Below, one piece after another: positions 26,424-35,658 of a stretch of DNA of 35,658 nt. Each line of letters starts with the position of its first letter. Within the stretch, counting starts at the first letter, position 1. The notes under the pieces are model-generated. The model made no database searches. It saw nothing but the letters and a program-made list of their open reading frames with translations, and was not told where the DNA came from. The DNA is taken from assembly GCA_964611705.1 (NCBI GenBank), contig CAZTAW010000003.1:1-35658 (forward strand), in the 5' to 3' direction. The stretch is from an uncultured Bacteroidales bacterium. GTDB lineage: Bacteria; Bacteroidota; Bacteroidia; Bacteroidales; JAIOZK01. A program made the position numbers and the translations under genes.

Positions 26424-28430
26424 ATGGAACAGTTCAGAAAAGCACTGAAGGACTCAGCAAGCATCAGGTGGAGTATACTATTCCTGATCGCATTTGTGCA
26501 AGCGGCCAACTATTATTTTTACGATGCTCTTTCACCTTTAAAGAGATTACTCGAAGATAATTTCAACTTTACATCTTCCGATTACGGATTTTTTGTAGCT
26601 GCTTATTCCATTCCCAACACATTTCTGTTGATGGCAATTTTGGGAGGAATGATACTCGACAAACTTGGCATCAGAAGAACAGGATTTTTGTTTGTAGGTT
26701 TGATGGCTGCCGGAGGTTTGCTTACTGCATACGGTGCAAGCGAGTATTTCTCGAATGGCGGTTTTCTTTACGGGTTTTTCAATTCTTTTCTAACGGATTA
26801 TACACCTGAATTGAAAATGATGTTGCTGGGTCGCTTCCTCTTCGGTTTGGGAGCTGAAACCAGCATTGTGGTCGAAAGCAAGGTCATTGTGAAATGGTTT
26901 AAGGGAAAGGAACTGGCGCTGGCATTCGGAATGAAGATCGGGCTTGCAAGGGCAGGTTCGGCTTTGGCGCTCTTTTACTCAGCCGAAATTGCTGAAGCGG
27001 CCTCCCACTGGACCATAGCTATATGGTTTGCTGCTATTTTACTACTGATCGCATTCCTGGCTTTTCTGGTATATACCATCTTTGATGTGAGACTTGATAA
27101 GCAGATCATTCAGAAATCCGCCGTCAAGAGCGACGATCGTTTCAGCTTTGCCGACCTTGGAAAACTACTGACCAACAAATCCTTTATTTACGTCACACTG
27201 CTTTGTGTTACATTTTATTCAGCGGTATTCCCATTCCAGGCATTTTCTCCTGATTTTCTATTAAACAAATTCGGGATGGGATTATCACAAAGTGGTAAAA
27301 TTGCTTCAATTCTTTATTGGGTTACCATGTTTGCCACACCTTTGTTCGGTTTGGTGGTTGATAAATACGGGCGAAGCGCTACATTAATGATATTCGGGTC
27401 CATTTTACTTGCTGTCATCCATCTTACTTTTGCTTTAACCTATTTTAATCCGGTAGTGCCGTTACTTTTCTTAGGTATCGCGATAGCGCTTGTACCGGCT
27501 GCCATGTGGCCATCGGTTGCAAAAATTGTTGCAGAAAAAAGAATTGGAACTGCCTATGGAGCCATGTTTTCAATTCAAAATCTTGGGTTATTTGCATTTC
27601 CAATACTGGCAGGTTTTATTCTCGATATTACCAACAAAAACGCTGAGATATATCTTACACCTGAACAAACAACAACAATAAAAAATGCAAAGGTGTTTGA
27701 GGTTGAGTATCTCGATAATCAAGACCAGCCAGTTGCAAACAAAAAACTTTTGTCATCGGTAACACTTTATTGGATGCCGGATACATTAAAACTCAAAGAA
27801 GAGGAAAATGAACTAAAAAATCAGATTGACAAACATGGTAAAATGATCTGGACCGAATACTTCCAAACACGATCTGACAAAAGCGGAAAATTTTCAGTCA
27901 AACCGGGAAGTGACGGCACTGAAAAAATCAATGTAAAATATTTTAATATTGATCCCAAAAACACACTGATACTTATTTCAGCCAATGATTCGGCCCGAAC
28001 CTCGCTGTATGAATTCACAGACGTACAGCAGGATACGGTAAATGAATATTTGCTTCAAAAAATCAGTCTGCCTGAGGAAGTTGAAAACAAAATCAAACAA
28101 TCAGAAAAAATTAATGTTACTTTAACAGACACCTCAGGAAATGTAATTATTTTGGACGAAAAACATAAAGTGTTCTTTGATGATGAAAGCTTACTGAGTC
28201 TCAGGGTCGGTAAAGGTGAAATAGCCTATGCAAATATTGATTACCTCAACTGGACTGATAATGTTGTGGTAAAGATCAGGACGCCATTAAACTATACATT
28301 CGCCATCTTAATGTTCGCAGCGCTAGGTGTTCTTGGATTTATATTCGCATTATTGCTGAAACGTGAAGATAAAAATTCCGGTTACGGACTTGAGCTTCCA
28401 TCAAACAAGAAAGCCAAAAATTCAGCGTAA
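26424..28430 (+). CDS. MFS transporter (MFSD1-like) paralog with the same type of insert
   Basis: Same motifs as the upstream gene; start MEQFR 1 bp after the upstream stop; both share SGYGLELPSN near the C-terminus. Confidence 0.88.
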   Translation: MEQFRKALKDSASIRWSILFLIAFVQAANYYFYDALSPLKRLLEDNFNFTSSDYGFFVAAYSIPNTFLLMAILGGMILDKLGIRRTGFLFVGLMAAGGLLTAYGASEYFSNGGFLYGFFNSFLTDYTPELKMMLLGRFLFGLGAETSIVVESKVIVKWFKGKELALAFGMKIGLARAGSALALFYSAEIAEAASHWTIAIWFAAILLLIAFLAFLVYTIFDVRLDKQIIQKSAVKSDDRFSFADLGKLLTNKSFIYVTLLCVTFYSAVFPFQAFSPDFLLNKFGMGLSQSGKIASILYWVTMFATPLFGLVVDKYGRSATLMIFGSILLAVIHLTFALTYFNPVVPLLFLGIAIALVPAAMWPSVAKIVAEKRIGTAYGAMFSIQNLGLFAFPILAGFILDITNKNAEIYLTPEQTTTIKNAKVFEVEYLDNQDQPVANKKLLSSVTLYWMPDTLKLKEEENELKNQIDKHGKMIWTEYFQTRSDKSGKFSVKPGSDGTEKINVKYFNIDPKNTLILISANDSARTSLYEFTDVQQDTVNEYLLQKISLPEEVENKIKQSEKINVTLTDTSGNVIILDEKHKVFFDDESLLSLRVGKGEIAYANIDYLNWTDNVVVKIRTPLNYTFAILMFAALGVLGFIFALLLKREDKNSGYGLELPSNKKAKNSA

Positions 28431-28431
28431 T

Positions 28432-29529
28432 ATGAAAAAATCATTGTTTGTACTCGCGATAACTGTTTTTATTTCAGGATGCAACATAAATCAAAAACCT
28501 GATTACAGTGCAGATTCCAATCAACCCAAAAACATCATTTTATTGATCGGGGATGGAATGGGCCTTTCACAGCTTTATGCTGCTTTTAAGACAAAGCAGG
28601 ACAAAACGCAATTAGCCCGATGTAACTTCATTGGATTGATCAATACCAGTTCAATCAGCGATTTGATTACTGATTCGGCAGCTTCCGGAACAGCTATGGC
28701 CTGCGGTGTTAAAACCAACAACCATGCACTTGGTGTTGACCGCGAAGGAAATAAGGTAAAAAGCATCCTTGAAATTGCCGAAGAAAACGGAAAAGCAACA
28801 GGACTGGTTGCAACCGCCGCGATCACACATGCCACACCGGCTTCGTTTGTTGCCCACAATTCCAGCAGACACGATTATGAGGGCATCGCCATGGATTTCA
28901 TCAAAAGTGATATTGATGTATTCATTGGAGGCGGAATAAAACATTTTGCACATCGGGATGACAGTTTAAATCTTTTGGATAGCCTGAGAGCAAAGAACTT
29001 CCGGGTAATTACCGAAATGAATGAAATTGAGACCATCAGCTCAGGAAAATTAGCTGCACTACTTTACGAAAAACATCCGCCAAGCCTTTTGGAAGGAAGG
29101 GAAGGATTTCTTGAAAAATCAAGCCTGAAAGCCATTGAATTGCTAAACCACGATGAAGACGGTTTTTTCCTGATGATAGAATCTTCACAGATTGACTGGG
29201 GCGGACATGATATGAATCAGGAATATGTTGTTAGCGAAACCGTAGAATTTGATGATGTTGTCGGAAAAGTTCTTGATTTTGCCGAAAAAGACGGTGAAAC
29301 ACTGGTTATCATCACATCCGACCATGAATGTGGTGGAATGACCATAATTGGTGAAGATCAGGAAACAGGTGAGATCATAGCACATTTTTCAGCAGACCAT
29401 CACACACCTGTATTTGTACCACTATTCGCTTTTGGCCCCGGAGCTGAAGAATTTTCAGGTATTTACGAAAATACTGAGATCTTTCATAAAATGATGAAAG
29501 CATTTGGTTTCTCCGGGAAACAGGAATAA
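28432..29529 (+). CDS. phoA: Alkaline phosphatase, predicted lipoprotein
   Basis: IGDGMG, TDSAASGTA (catalytic Ser), THATPA, E...ID..GH, TSDHE.GG; lipobox ISGC; ATG at 28432. Confidence 0.92.
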   Translation: MKKSLFVLAITVFISGCNINQKPDYSADSNQPKNIILLIGDGMGLSQLYAAFKTKQDKTQLARCNFIGLINTSSISDLITDSAASGTAMACGVKTNNHALGVDREGNKVKSILEIAEENGKATGLVATAAITHATPASFVAHNSSRHDYEGIAMDFIKSDIDVFIGGGIKHFAHRDDSLNLLDSLRAKNFRVITEMNEIETISSGKLAALLYEKHPPSLLEGREGFLEKSSLKAIELLNHDEDGFFLMIESSQIDWGGHDMNQEYVVSETVEFDDVVGKVLDFAEKDGETLVIITSDHECGGMTIIGEDQETGEIIAHFSADHHTPVFVPLFAFGPGAEEFSGIYENTEIFHKMMKAFGFSGKQE

Positions 29530-29737
29530 ATCAAAAGCATATAATTATTTTTCATTACTTTGCATAACATTGAATGGTGTTTAATACGTGATGATTTTAA
29601 TCGCAACATTACATATTGATAAAACGGATGTACATTAATCCGTGATTATCAGTTGCATCTGTGTTATCAGCGTGCTATTTTTCTTGATCAGCTTAATAAT
29701 ACCTTAAAATCTATTGATAAAAAAAAGGAAATAAATC

Positions 29738-30703
29738 ATGATTGTGATTACAGGAGCGGCAGGATTTATTGGAAGTTGCCTTGTTGAAAAGCTTAACGAA
29801 AAAGGATACAAGAATTTAATCCTTGTTGACGATTTTTCAAATCTGCAAAAGAATAAAAACTTCGGGCAAAAGGATTTCCTCCAAAAAGTTGACAGAGAGG
29901 AATTCTTCAACTGTTTTGAAAAAAATCACAGCGACGTTGAATTTGTTTTCCATATTGGGGCAAGGACCGACACAACCGAGTTCGATGTTAAAGTATTCAA
30001 CAAACTCAACCTGAATTACAGTAAGAAGATGTGGGAGCTTTGCAGTGACTTCAAAATACCCTTGTTGTACGCATCTTCAGCAGCAACTTACGGAATGGGT
30101 GAGTTGGGATATGCGGACCGTCATGATATCATTGAAAAGCTTAAACCCCTGAATCCTTATGGGGAGTCGAAAAACGAATTTGACAAATGGGTTTTAAAAC
30201 AGGACAAACAACCTCCTTATTGGTATGGCATGAAGTTTTTCAATGTATATGGCCCCAATGAGTATCATAAGGGAAGAATGGCTTCTGTTATTATTCATGC
30301 TTTTGGGCAGATCAATGAAACCGGAAAAGTAAAACTATTTCGCTCGCATAATCCTGATTTTGAAGACGGAAAACAATTACGTGATTTTATTTTTGTTAAA
30401 GATGTTGTGGATATATTGTACTACCTGATGAATCACGGCAAAGACTCCGGTATTTACAACCTGGGAACTGGCAAAGCCAGGACATTTCTTGATCTGGCCA
30501 ATGCCACATTCAAAGCAATGGATAAAAAGCCAAATCTAGAATTCATAGATACACCATTAGACATCAGGGATAAATACCAGTATTTTACAGAGGCATCAAT
30601 GGACAAATTACGCAGCATTGGCTATGACAGGGAGTTTCACAGCCTTGAAGAAGGCATCAATGATTATGTGAGGAATTACCTGTTGCAACAAGCGTATATG
30701 TAA
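29738..30703 (+). CDS. rfaD: ADP-L-glycero-D-manno-heptose 6-epimerase
   Basis: MIVITGAAGFIGS, YASSAATYG, PLN.YG.SK, FNVYGPNE.HKGRMASV, KYQYFTEA. Confidence 0.93.
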   Translation: MIVITGAAGFIGSCLVEKLNEKGYKNLILVDDFSNLQKNKNFGQKDFLQKVDREEFFNCFEKNHSDVEFVFHIGARTDTTEFDVKVFNKLNLNYSKKMWELCSDFKIPLLYASSAATYGMGELGYADRHDIIEKLKPLNPYGESKNEFDKWVLKQDKQPPYWYGMKFFNVYGPNEYHKGRMASVIIHAFGQINETGKVKLFRSHNPDFEDGKQLRDFIFVKDVVDILYYLMNHGKDSGIYNLGTGKARTFLDLANATFKAMDKKPNLEFIDTPLDIRDKYQYFTEASMDKLRSIGYDREFHSLEEGINDYVRNYLLQQAYM

Positions 30704-30714
30704 AATCATGATAA

Positions 30715-32337
30715 ATGAAACGCTCCGGCGCACATTTGCTTCATAAGAAATTATTCAGCGAAAAAATTATTGTTCCGGTTTTCTTTATTCTTTTTTTCCT
30801 GACAGTAATTTTTATTTACAAAGATTATGGATTGTCGTGGGATGAACCTTATTGCAGGGAAAGAGGTAAATTGAACTTTCAGTATATTTCTTATCTTTTC
30901 GGTCAAAATGAAGAAGACACAGCAAAAACGGCATTTCTTGAAAAATGGAATTCATACCCCTATCAACATCACGGTCCATCTTTCGACCTGATTTTCTTTT
31001 CTCTTGAGAAATTGTTTTTACCTGAAACCCCTCGGCAAGTTCACCTTATGCGTCACCTGTTAACTTTTTTGATTTTCTTTATAGCCTGCATTATTTTTTA
31101 CCTCAGCAACCGCCACAGGTTCAACTGGAAGATTAGCCTGCTTGCAACTGCTTTCCTGGTATTAAGTCCACGGATATTTGCCCATGCATTTTATAATGCA
31201 AAAGACATCATTTTTATGGCCATGGTAATCTTTACTTTTTATACGATGATACGGGTTTTAAAAAATCCTAAATTCACAAGTATATTGTTACATTCAATCA
31301 TTACGGCCCTGGCAATTGATACGCGCATCACAGGATTGTTTATTCCGCTTTTAACAGTAATTTTTTTGATCTTCTTTATAAATAAAGATCTCAAAAAACA
31401 ACTTCTGATTATAAAACCTTTAATATATCTTTTTCTGCTTTGTTTATTTATTTATGTTTTCTGGCCATGGCTCTGGCATGATCCTTTTCAGCGTTTTTCA
31501 AACTCAATCTCTGATATAAGTAATTATGAATGGAAAGACTTAATGCTTTACAGAGGCAAATGGATATATTCAACAAATCTCCCCTGGCATTATCTTTTTA
31601 CCTGGATCGGCATAACCACTCCCGTGATTTACCTTGTATTATTTATAATCGGACTTATAGTCAGTGTAAAGAATCTCATCATGAGAATTACAAAACTACC
31701 TTTAGAACAAGTAAATCAATTTAATTTAATGGCTTTGGGCTTTTTATTTGCACCTGTTTTTGCCATTTTCATCTTACAATCAACACTTTACGACGGATGG
31801 CGGCATATGTTTTTTATTTATCCCTGTATAATAATGATCGCCGCAACAGGATTATATCACATCGTAAATTTGATCAATTCAAAAAGCAGCAAAATCAGAG
31901 GTCTACTATACACAATCACCGGAATTATCCTGGCAGCAAATTTTGTTTTGATCATTTCTTTCATGATCCGCAATCATCCGCACCAATATTTGTATTTCAA
32001 TGCACTAACAGGAGATTATCCGGAACAGAAATATGAACTGGACTACTGGGGCTTGTCATACAGACAGGCCTATGAAGAACTCCTGAATAAGTTCCCGAAC
32101 GACACTCTTCTGGTTTGCCCGGCCAACAATGCAGGGAAATCCAGTCTGATTTTATTGAAATCATCTGAAAAGAAAAGACTTAAGCTTACTGAATTTAATG
32201 CAGCCGAATATTTTGTTACAAATTTCAGGTGGTTGGACAGAAAAGTTGTAAAGAAAAAACTAAAGCCTTATCAGCATGAAATACTTGAGATCAAAGTTGA
32301 TGGGATGAAAGTTGCCGCCATTTATAAACTGAAGTAG
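30715..32337 (+). CDS. GT-C fold membrane glycosyltransferase (ArnT/PMT-like)
   Basis: Multiple TM segments; WDE motif after the first TM; PR.F.H.F.N.KD; LYDGWRH; DYWG.S in the soluble C-terminal domain. Confidence 0.75.
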   Translation: MKRSGAHLLHKKLFSEKIIVPVFFILFFLTVIFIYKDYGLSWDEPYCRERGKLNFQYISYLFGQNEEDTAKTAFLEKWNSYPYQHHGPSFDLIFFSLEKLFLPETPRQVHLMRHLLTFLIFFIACIIFYLSNRHRFNWKISLLATAFLVLSPRIFAHAFYNAKDIIFMAMVIFTFYTMIRVLKNPKFTSILLHSIITALAIDTRITGLFIPLLTVIFLIFFINKDLKKQLLIIKPLIYLFLLCLFIYVFWPWLWHDPFQRFSNSISDISNYEWKDLMLYRGKWIYSTNLPWHYLFTWIGITTPVIYLVLFIIGLIVSVKNLIMRITKLPLEQVNQFNLMALGFLFAPVFAIFILQSTLYDGWRHMFFIYPCIIMIAATGLYHIVNLINSKSSKIRGLLYTITGIILAANFVLIISFMIRNHPHQYLYFNALTGDYPEQKYELDYWGLSYRQAYEELLNKFPNDTLLVCPANNAGKSSLILLKSSEKKRLKLTEFNAAEYFVTNFRWLDRKVVKKKLKPYQHEILEIKVDGMKVAAIYKLK

Positions 32338-32676
32338 CTATTCCAATTCTTCTTTCAGCTTGAGCAGAGATTCTCTTATCCTCTTAAGGGATTTGATAAC
32401 CTCAATGTCCTTTTCCGTTTCCTCCTTGTTAATCTTAAGTTTTTGTTTGGCGCCATTCAGGGTAAATCCTCTTTCCTTTACCAGGTTATAAATAATGTGG
32501 AAATTATCAACATCCTTTTGGGTAAAAAGCCGGTTTCCTTTTTTATTCTTTTTGGGCTTGATCACATCAAATTCTTTTTCCCAAAACCGGATCAGAGATG
32601 CTTTTACATCAAACATTTTTGCAACTTCCCCGATTGAGTAATAGAGTTTTTCCGGGTATTCAACTGATTTTGACAT
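32338..32676 (-). CDS. MerR-family HTH transcriptional regulator
   Basis: YYSIGEVA......S..RFWE.EF..I.P.KN.KG.R.F, G.TL.GAK. Confidence 0.92.
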   Translation of the reverse strand: MSKSVEYPEKLYYSIGEVAKMFDVKASLIRFWEKEFDVIKPKKNKKGNRLFTQKDVDNFHIIYNLVKERGFTLNGAKQKLKINKEETEKDIEVIKSLKRIRESLLKLKEELE

Positions 32677-32715
32677 AGCTGCTTTTATAATATCATTCCT
32701 AAATTAGAAAAAAAA

Positions 32716-34212
32716 TTACAATTCACCAAAACAATATAAATATCCATCACGACAAGCCAGATAAATATGGTTATTATGAACTACTGGTGTTGCCTCAAAC
32801 GGGCCTGCAAATTTATCCAGCAAAGTAAAATTGAGATCATCATCATATTCAAACAAAAAAACATGACCGTATCCGGCAGCTATTAACTTGTCTTTTACAA
32901 TTATGGGTGTTGAAATTGACGGGCCTGTTTTGTATCTGAAAACCAGCTCCGGCTTCGGATACATGCTGATGCTATCGGGTCCAGGAACGGAATCAGCAGT
33001 TATCATTTTATGCTTCACAACATATAAGTAACCATCAATACCGGTAAAAGCGCAAAGGGTTCTGTCTCCGGTTGTATATCTGTCATTTACGGAAACCGAA
33101 CCAATGATTCCCCCTTCCCATCCTGCAAATTTTTTATCATCAACCGGATAATACCAAACCACAGCATTTCCAGGGCTTTTGGATGGATCAAGTTTCATTG
33201 CTCCTCCTTTTCCTTTAATAAATTGTTTTTCAACACTCACAACAATACAGCTATCTGATGTAACCACTGGGGAGCCATCCATATCCGAGCCAATATAGAA
33301 ATCCCAGTCAAGTTTGTTTGTTTTTAAGTTAAATCCGTAAACATGCCCCGAACCGGAAGCCACATAAATATGGTCACCTAGTAAACATGGAGAAGCTTCC
33401 GTAACAATATTGTTTTTATGTGTTGCAACATCCACTTGTTCATAGAGATATAACTGCCTGTATATCTTTGGCTGAAGCATGCTGTCACGAACTTCTGCCT
33501 TTTTATAATCAGGATCAAAAACAGTAAAGAGTGAATTTTCCAGTCCGATGTAAGCCGTATCATTCAGTATCAAGGCCGAAGCATCCACATCCCGGCTATA
33601 GCTGTCGGTCCACTTACTGTCATGTCTCCAGAGTTCTTTCCCTGTAGTAAAAGAAATTGCACGGTAACTTGGAATATGATCATAATCAAGATAATTTCCA
33701 ACACCAAGTCGGCTACCTTGCAAGATTACATAAGCGTTTTCAGCTTCAGATGCCAACACGTTTTCCCAAATTGTTCCTGTTCCTTTCACGACATCATCAA
33801 ATTGATATTTCCAGATCACTTTAACCGATTCTGCATCAATCTTATATAATTGGTGATTAAAAGCACCCTGAATCAGAATTAAGCGACCATTTTCTGTTGC
33901 CAGCAAAGGTTGACCTGTCCATCCCGCACCTGCCCATACACGTTCTCCTTTGCTTCTTGAAATAACTGTTTTTCCTTGACCTAAATAGAATTTCCATTTC
34001 ACATCCAGTTTTGAGGGTGCCTGGTTTCCGTAATAATTTCTTTGTTCATTTCCCAAAAATGTCGGGATGATCAGATCAATGTTTAAAGAATCACAAACAG
34101 TGGCAGGTTTTACACGATATCCGGCATAAGGATCAATTTTCTCCTGAGCTTTATTAGTGATTGAAAGAAAAATGAAACAAACACTCAGGCTAAAAATTTT
34201 CATTCTCTCCAT
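32716..34212 (-). CDS. Exported PQQ-like (BamB-type) beta-propeller protein
   Basis: Signal peptide; repeated blade motifs (TGKELW, S..G.VYG, DG.LY, ACRDGYLY); start uncertain (34227/34212/34203). Confidence 0.72.
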   Translation of the reverse strand: MERMKIFSLSVCFIFLSITNKAQEKIDPYAGYRVKPATVCDSLNIDLIIPTFLGNEQRNYYGNQAPSKLDVKWKFYLGQGKTVISRSKGERVWAGAGWTGQPLLATENGRLILIQGAFNHQLYKIDAESVKVIWKYQFDDVVKGTGTIWENVLASEAENAYVILQGSRLGVGNYLDYDHIPSYRAISFTTGKELWRHDSKWTDSYSRDVDASALILNDTAYIGLENSLFTVFDPDYKKAEVRDSMLQPKIYRQLYLYEQVDVATHKNNIVTEASPCLLGDHIYVASGSGHVYGFNLKTNKLDWDFYIGSDMDGSPVVTSDSCIVVSVEKQFIKGKGGAMKLDPSKSPGNAVVWYYPVDDKKFAGWEGGIIGSVSVNDRYTTGDRTLCAFTGIDGYLYVVKHKMITADSVPGPDSISMYPKPELVFRYKTGPSISTPIIVKDKLIAAGYGHVFLFEYDDDLNFTLLDKFAGPFEATPVVHNNHIYLACRDGYLYCFGEL

Positions 34213-34235
34213 CATTCCCTCCCGCAAGTTAATTT

Positions 34236-35207
34236 CTAATCCATTGATTGTGTTGGGATGGTAGAAAGTTCAAGCATCTGTTCAAATTCAGCGGAAGTAA
34301 GATCATTAAAGAAATAATAAATCGGATTTACGGTTTTATCATTTTTTATGACTTCATAATGGAGGTGCGGCGCAGTTGATTTACCAGTGTTTCCAACCAG
34401 TCCGATAACCTGACCTCTTTTCACCTTATCTCCTCTTTTAACTTTGAACTTACTTAAATGAGCATATCTGGTTTTGTATCCATAACCATGATCAATGATG
34501 ATCTCATTACCGTAACCTCTTCTGGAAAGCTTAACACGTTTAACTTTCCCATCGCCTGTTGCATATATCTCTGTTCCCAAAGGTGAGGAAAAATCAACAC
34601 CGGAATGGAATTTTGTTACTTTGTAAAACGGATCGGGACGATAACCATAATAGCTTGAAATTCTGCGGAGATTTTCATTTTTCATGGGCTGTATCGCCGG
34701 GATAGAGGCAAGCATTTCAGATTTGTTTTTAGCCATTTTAAAAACTTCGTCAAAGGATTTCGACTGTACAAAGATCTGACTTGATATCCTGTCAAGTTTT
34801 TTTGCAGTTTCAATGATCACATCCGAATACTGGTAGCCATCCATTTTGGCATATCTGTCAGCACCACCATAACCGGCTTTTCTGATTGAAACAGGAACCG
34901 GTTCCGACTCAAAAATAACACGGTAAATATTATCATCTTTCTCCTGCAGTTCATCAAGCACTCCCGATATTTGATCAAGCCTGTCGTTGAAAATTTGATA
35001 TTGCAAAACCATTTGTTCAATTTCCCGCTGCTGCATTTTTTCTTTAGGCGAATCAAAAAAGCTAAAAGCAATCACAAGCACCACGAAAGCAAAAACGGCA
35101 AAAGTTGCCAGGTAAAACAAACATCTTAACAATCGTGACTTTAACGTTGGTCTAACCTCCTCATATCTAAGCGATTTCGGGTTGTAACGGTACTTGGTTT
35201 TGGGCAT
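34236..35207 (-). CDS. M23 family metallopeptidase (peptidoglycan endopeptidase)
   Basis: N-terminal TM, coiled coil, HSGVD, YAHL, STAPHLHYEV. Confidence 0.93.
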   Translation of the reverse strand: MPKTKYRYNPKSLRYEEVRPTLKSRLLRCLFYLATFAVFAFVVLVIAFSFFDSPKEKMQQREIEQMVLQYQIFNDRLDQISGVLDELQEKDDNIYRVIFESEPVPVSIRKAGYGGADRYAKMDGYQYSDVIIETAKKLDRISSQIFVQSKSFDEVFKMAKNKSEMLASIPAIQPMKNENLRRISSYYGYRPDPFYKVTKFHSGVDFSSPLGTEIYATGDGKVKRVKLSRRGYGNEIIIDHGYGYKTRYAHLSKFKVKRGDKVKRGQVIGLVGNTGKSTAPHLHYEVIKNDKTVNPIYYFFNDLTSAEFEQMLELSTIPTQSMD

Positions 35208-35246
35208 ATTTAAAAAAATTATTATTCTCCGCTCAACTCATCAACA

Positions 35247-35273
35247 CAAAAATAATTAAATAAACTAAATTTG
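35247..35273. promoter_or_regulatory. Divergent -7 elements for the M23 operon (TATTTTTG, -) and alaS (TAAATTTG, +)
   Basis: CAAAAATA at 35247-35254 and TAAATTTG at 35266-35273. Confidence 0.6.
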
Positions 35274-35314
35274 CAAACCTTAAGCACAAATAAAATTAAC
35301 AAAAACACTGTTAA

Positions 35315-35658
<344 letters not shown>

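Overview
A 35.7-kb AT-rich chromosomal window from a Bacteroidota (Bacteroidales-like) bacterium. The assignment rests on TAnnTTTG -7 promoter elements, T9SS C-terminal sorting domains, a long-form S16 and the alaS/M23/MerR arrangement. Most of it is core genome: aroQ, a lipid A acyltransferase, tRNA-Ser(TGA), rpsP-rimM-trmN6, smpB, ddl, PASTA protein, rluD, phoA, rfaD, M23 peptidase and the 5' end of alaS. A TPP riboswitch controls a TonB-dependent receptor. No integrase, transposase, prophage or CRISPR array is evident. The most interesting region is 20.1-28.4 kb. Two tandem T9SS-secreted lysyl-endopeptidase-like serine proteases, differing at the predicted S1 pocket, share an 83-bp divergent promoter region with two tandem MFSD1-like MFS transporters. 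Each transporter carries a ~220-aa soluble two-module domain inserted before its last transmembrane helix. This is a candidate undescribed protease/peptide-uptake module. Other points: a readable translational switch for the TPP riboswitch, a DUF434 gene broken by an in-frame TAA, an isoprenoid-synthase-like plus CAT-like gene pair, a repeat-expanded S16 tail and a motif-rich 580-bp AT-rich spacer. All calls come from motif recognition by eye; no searches were run.
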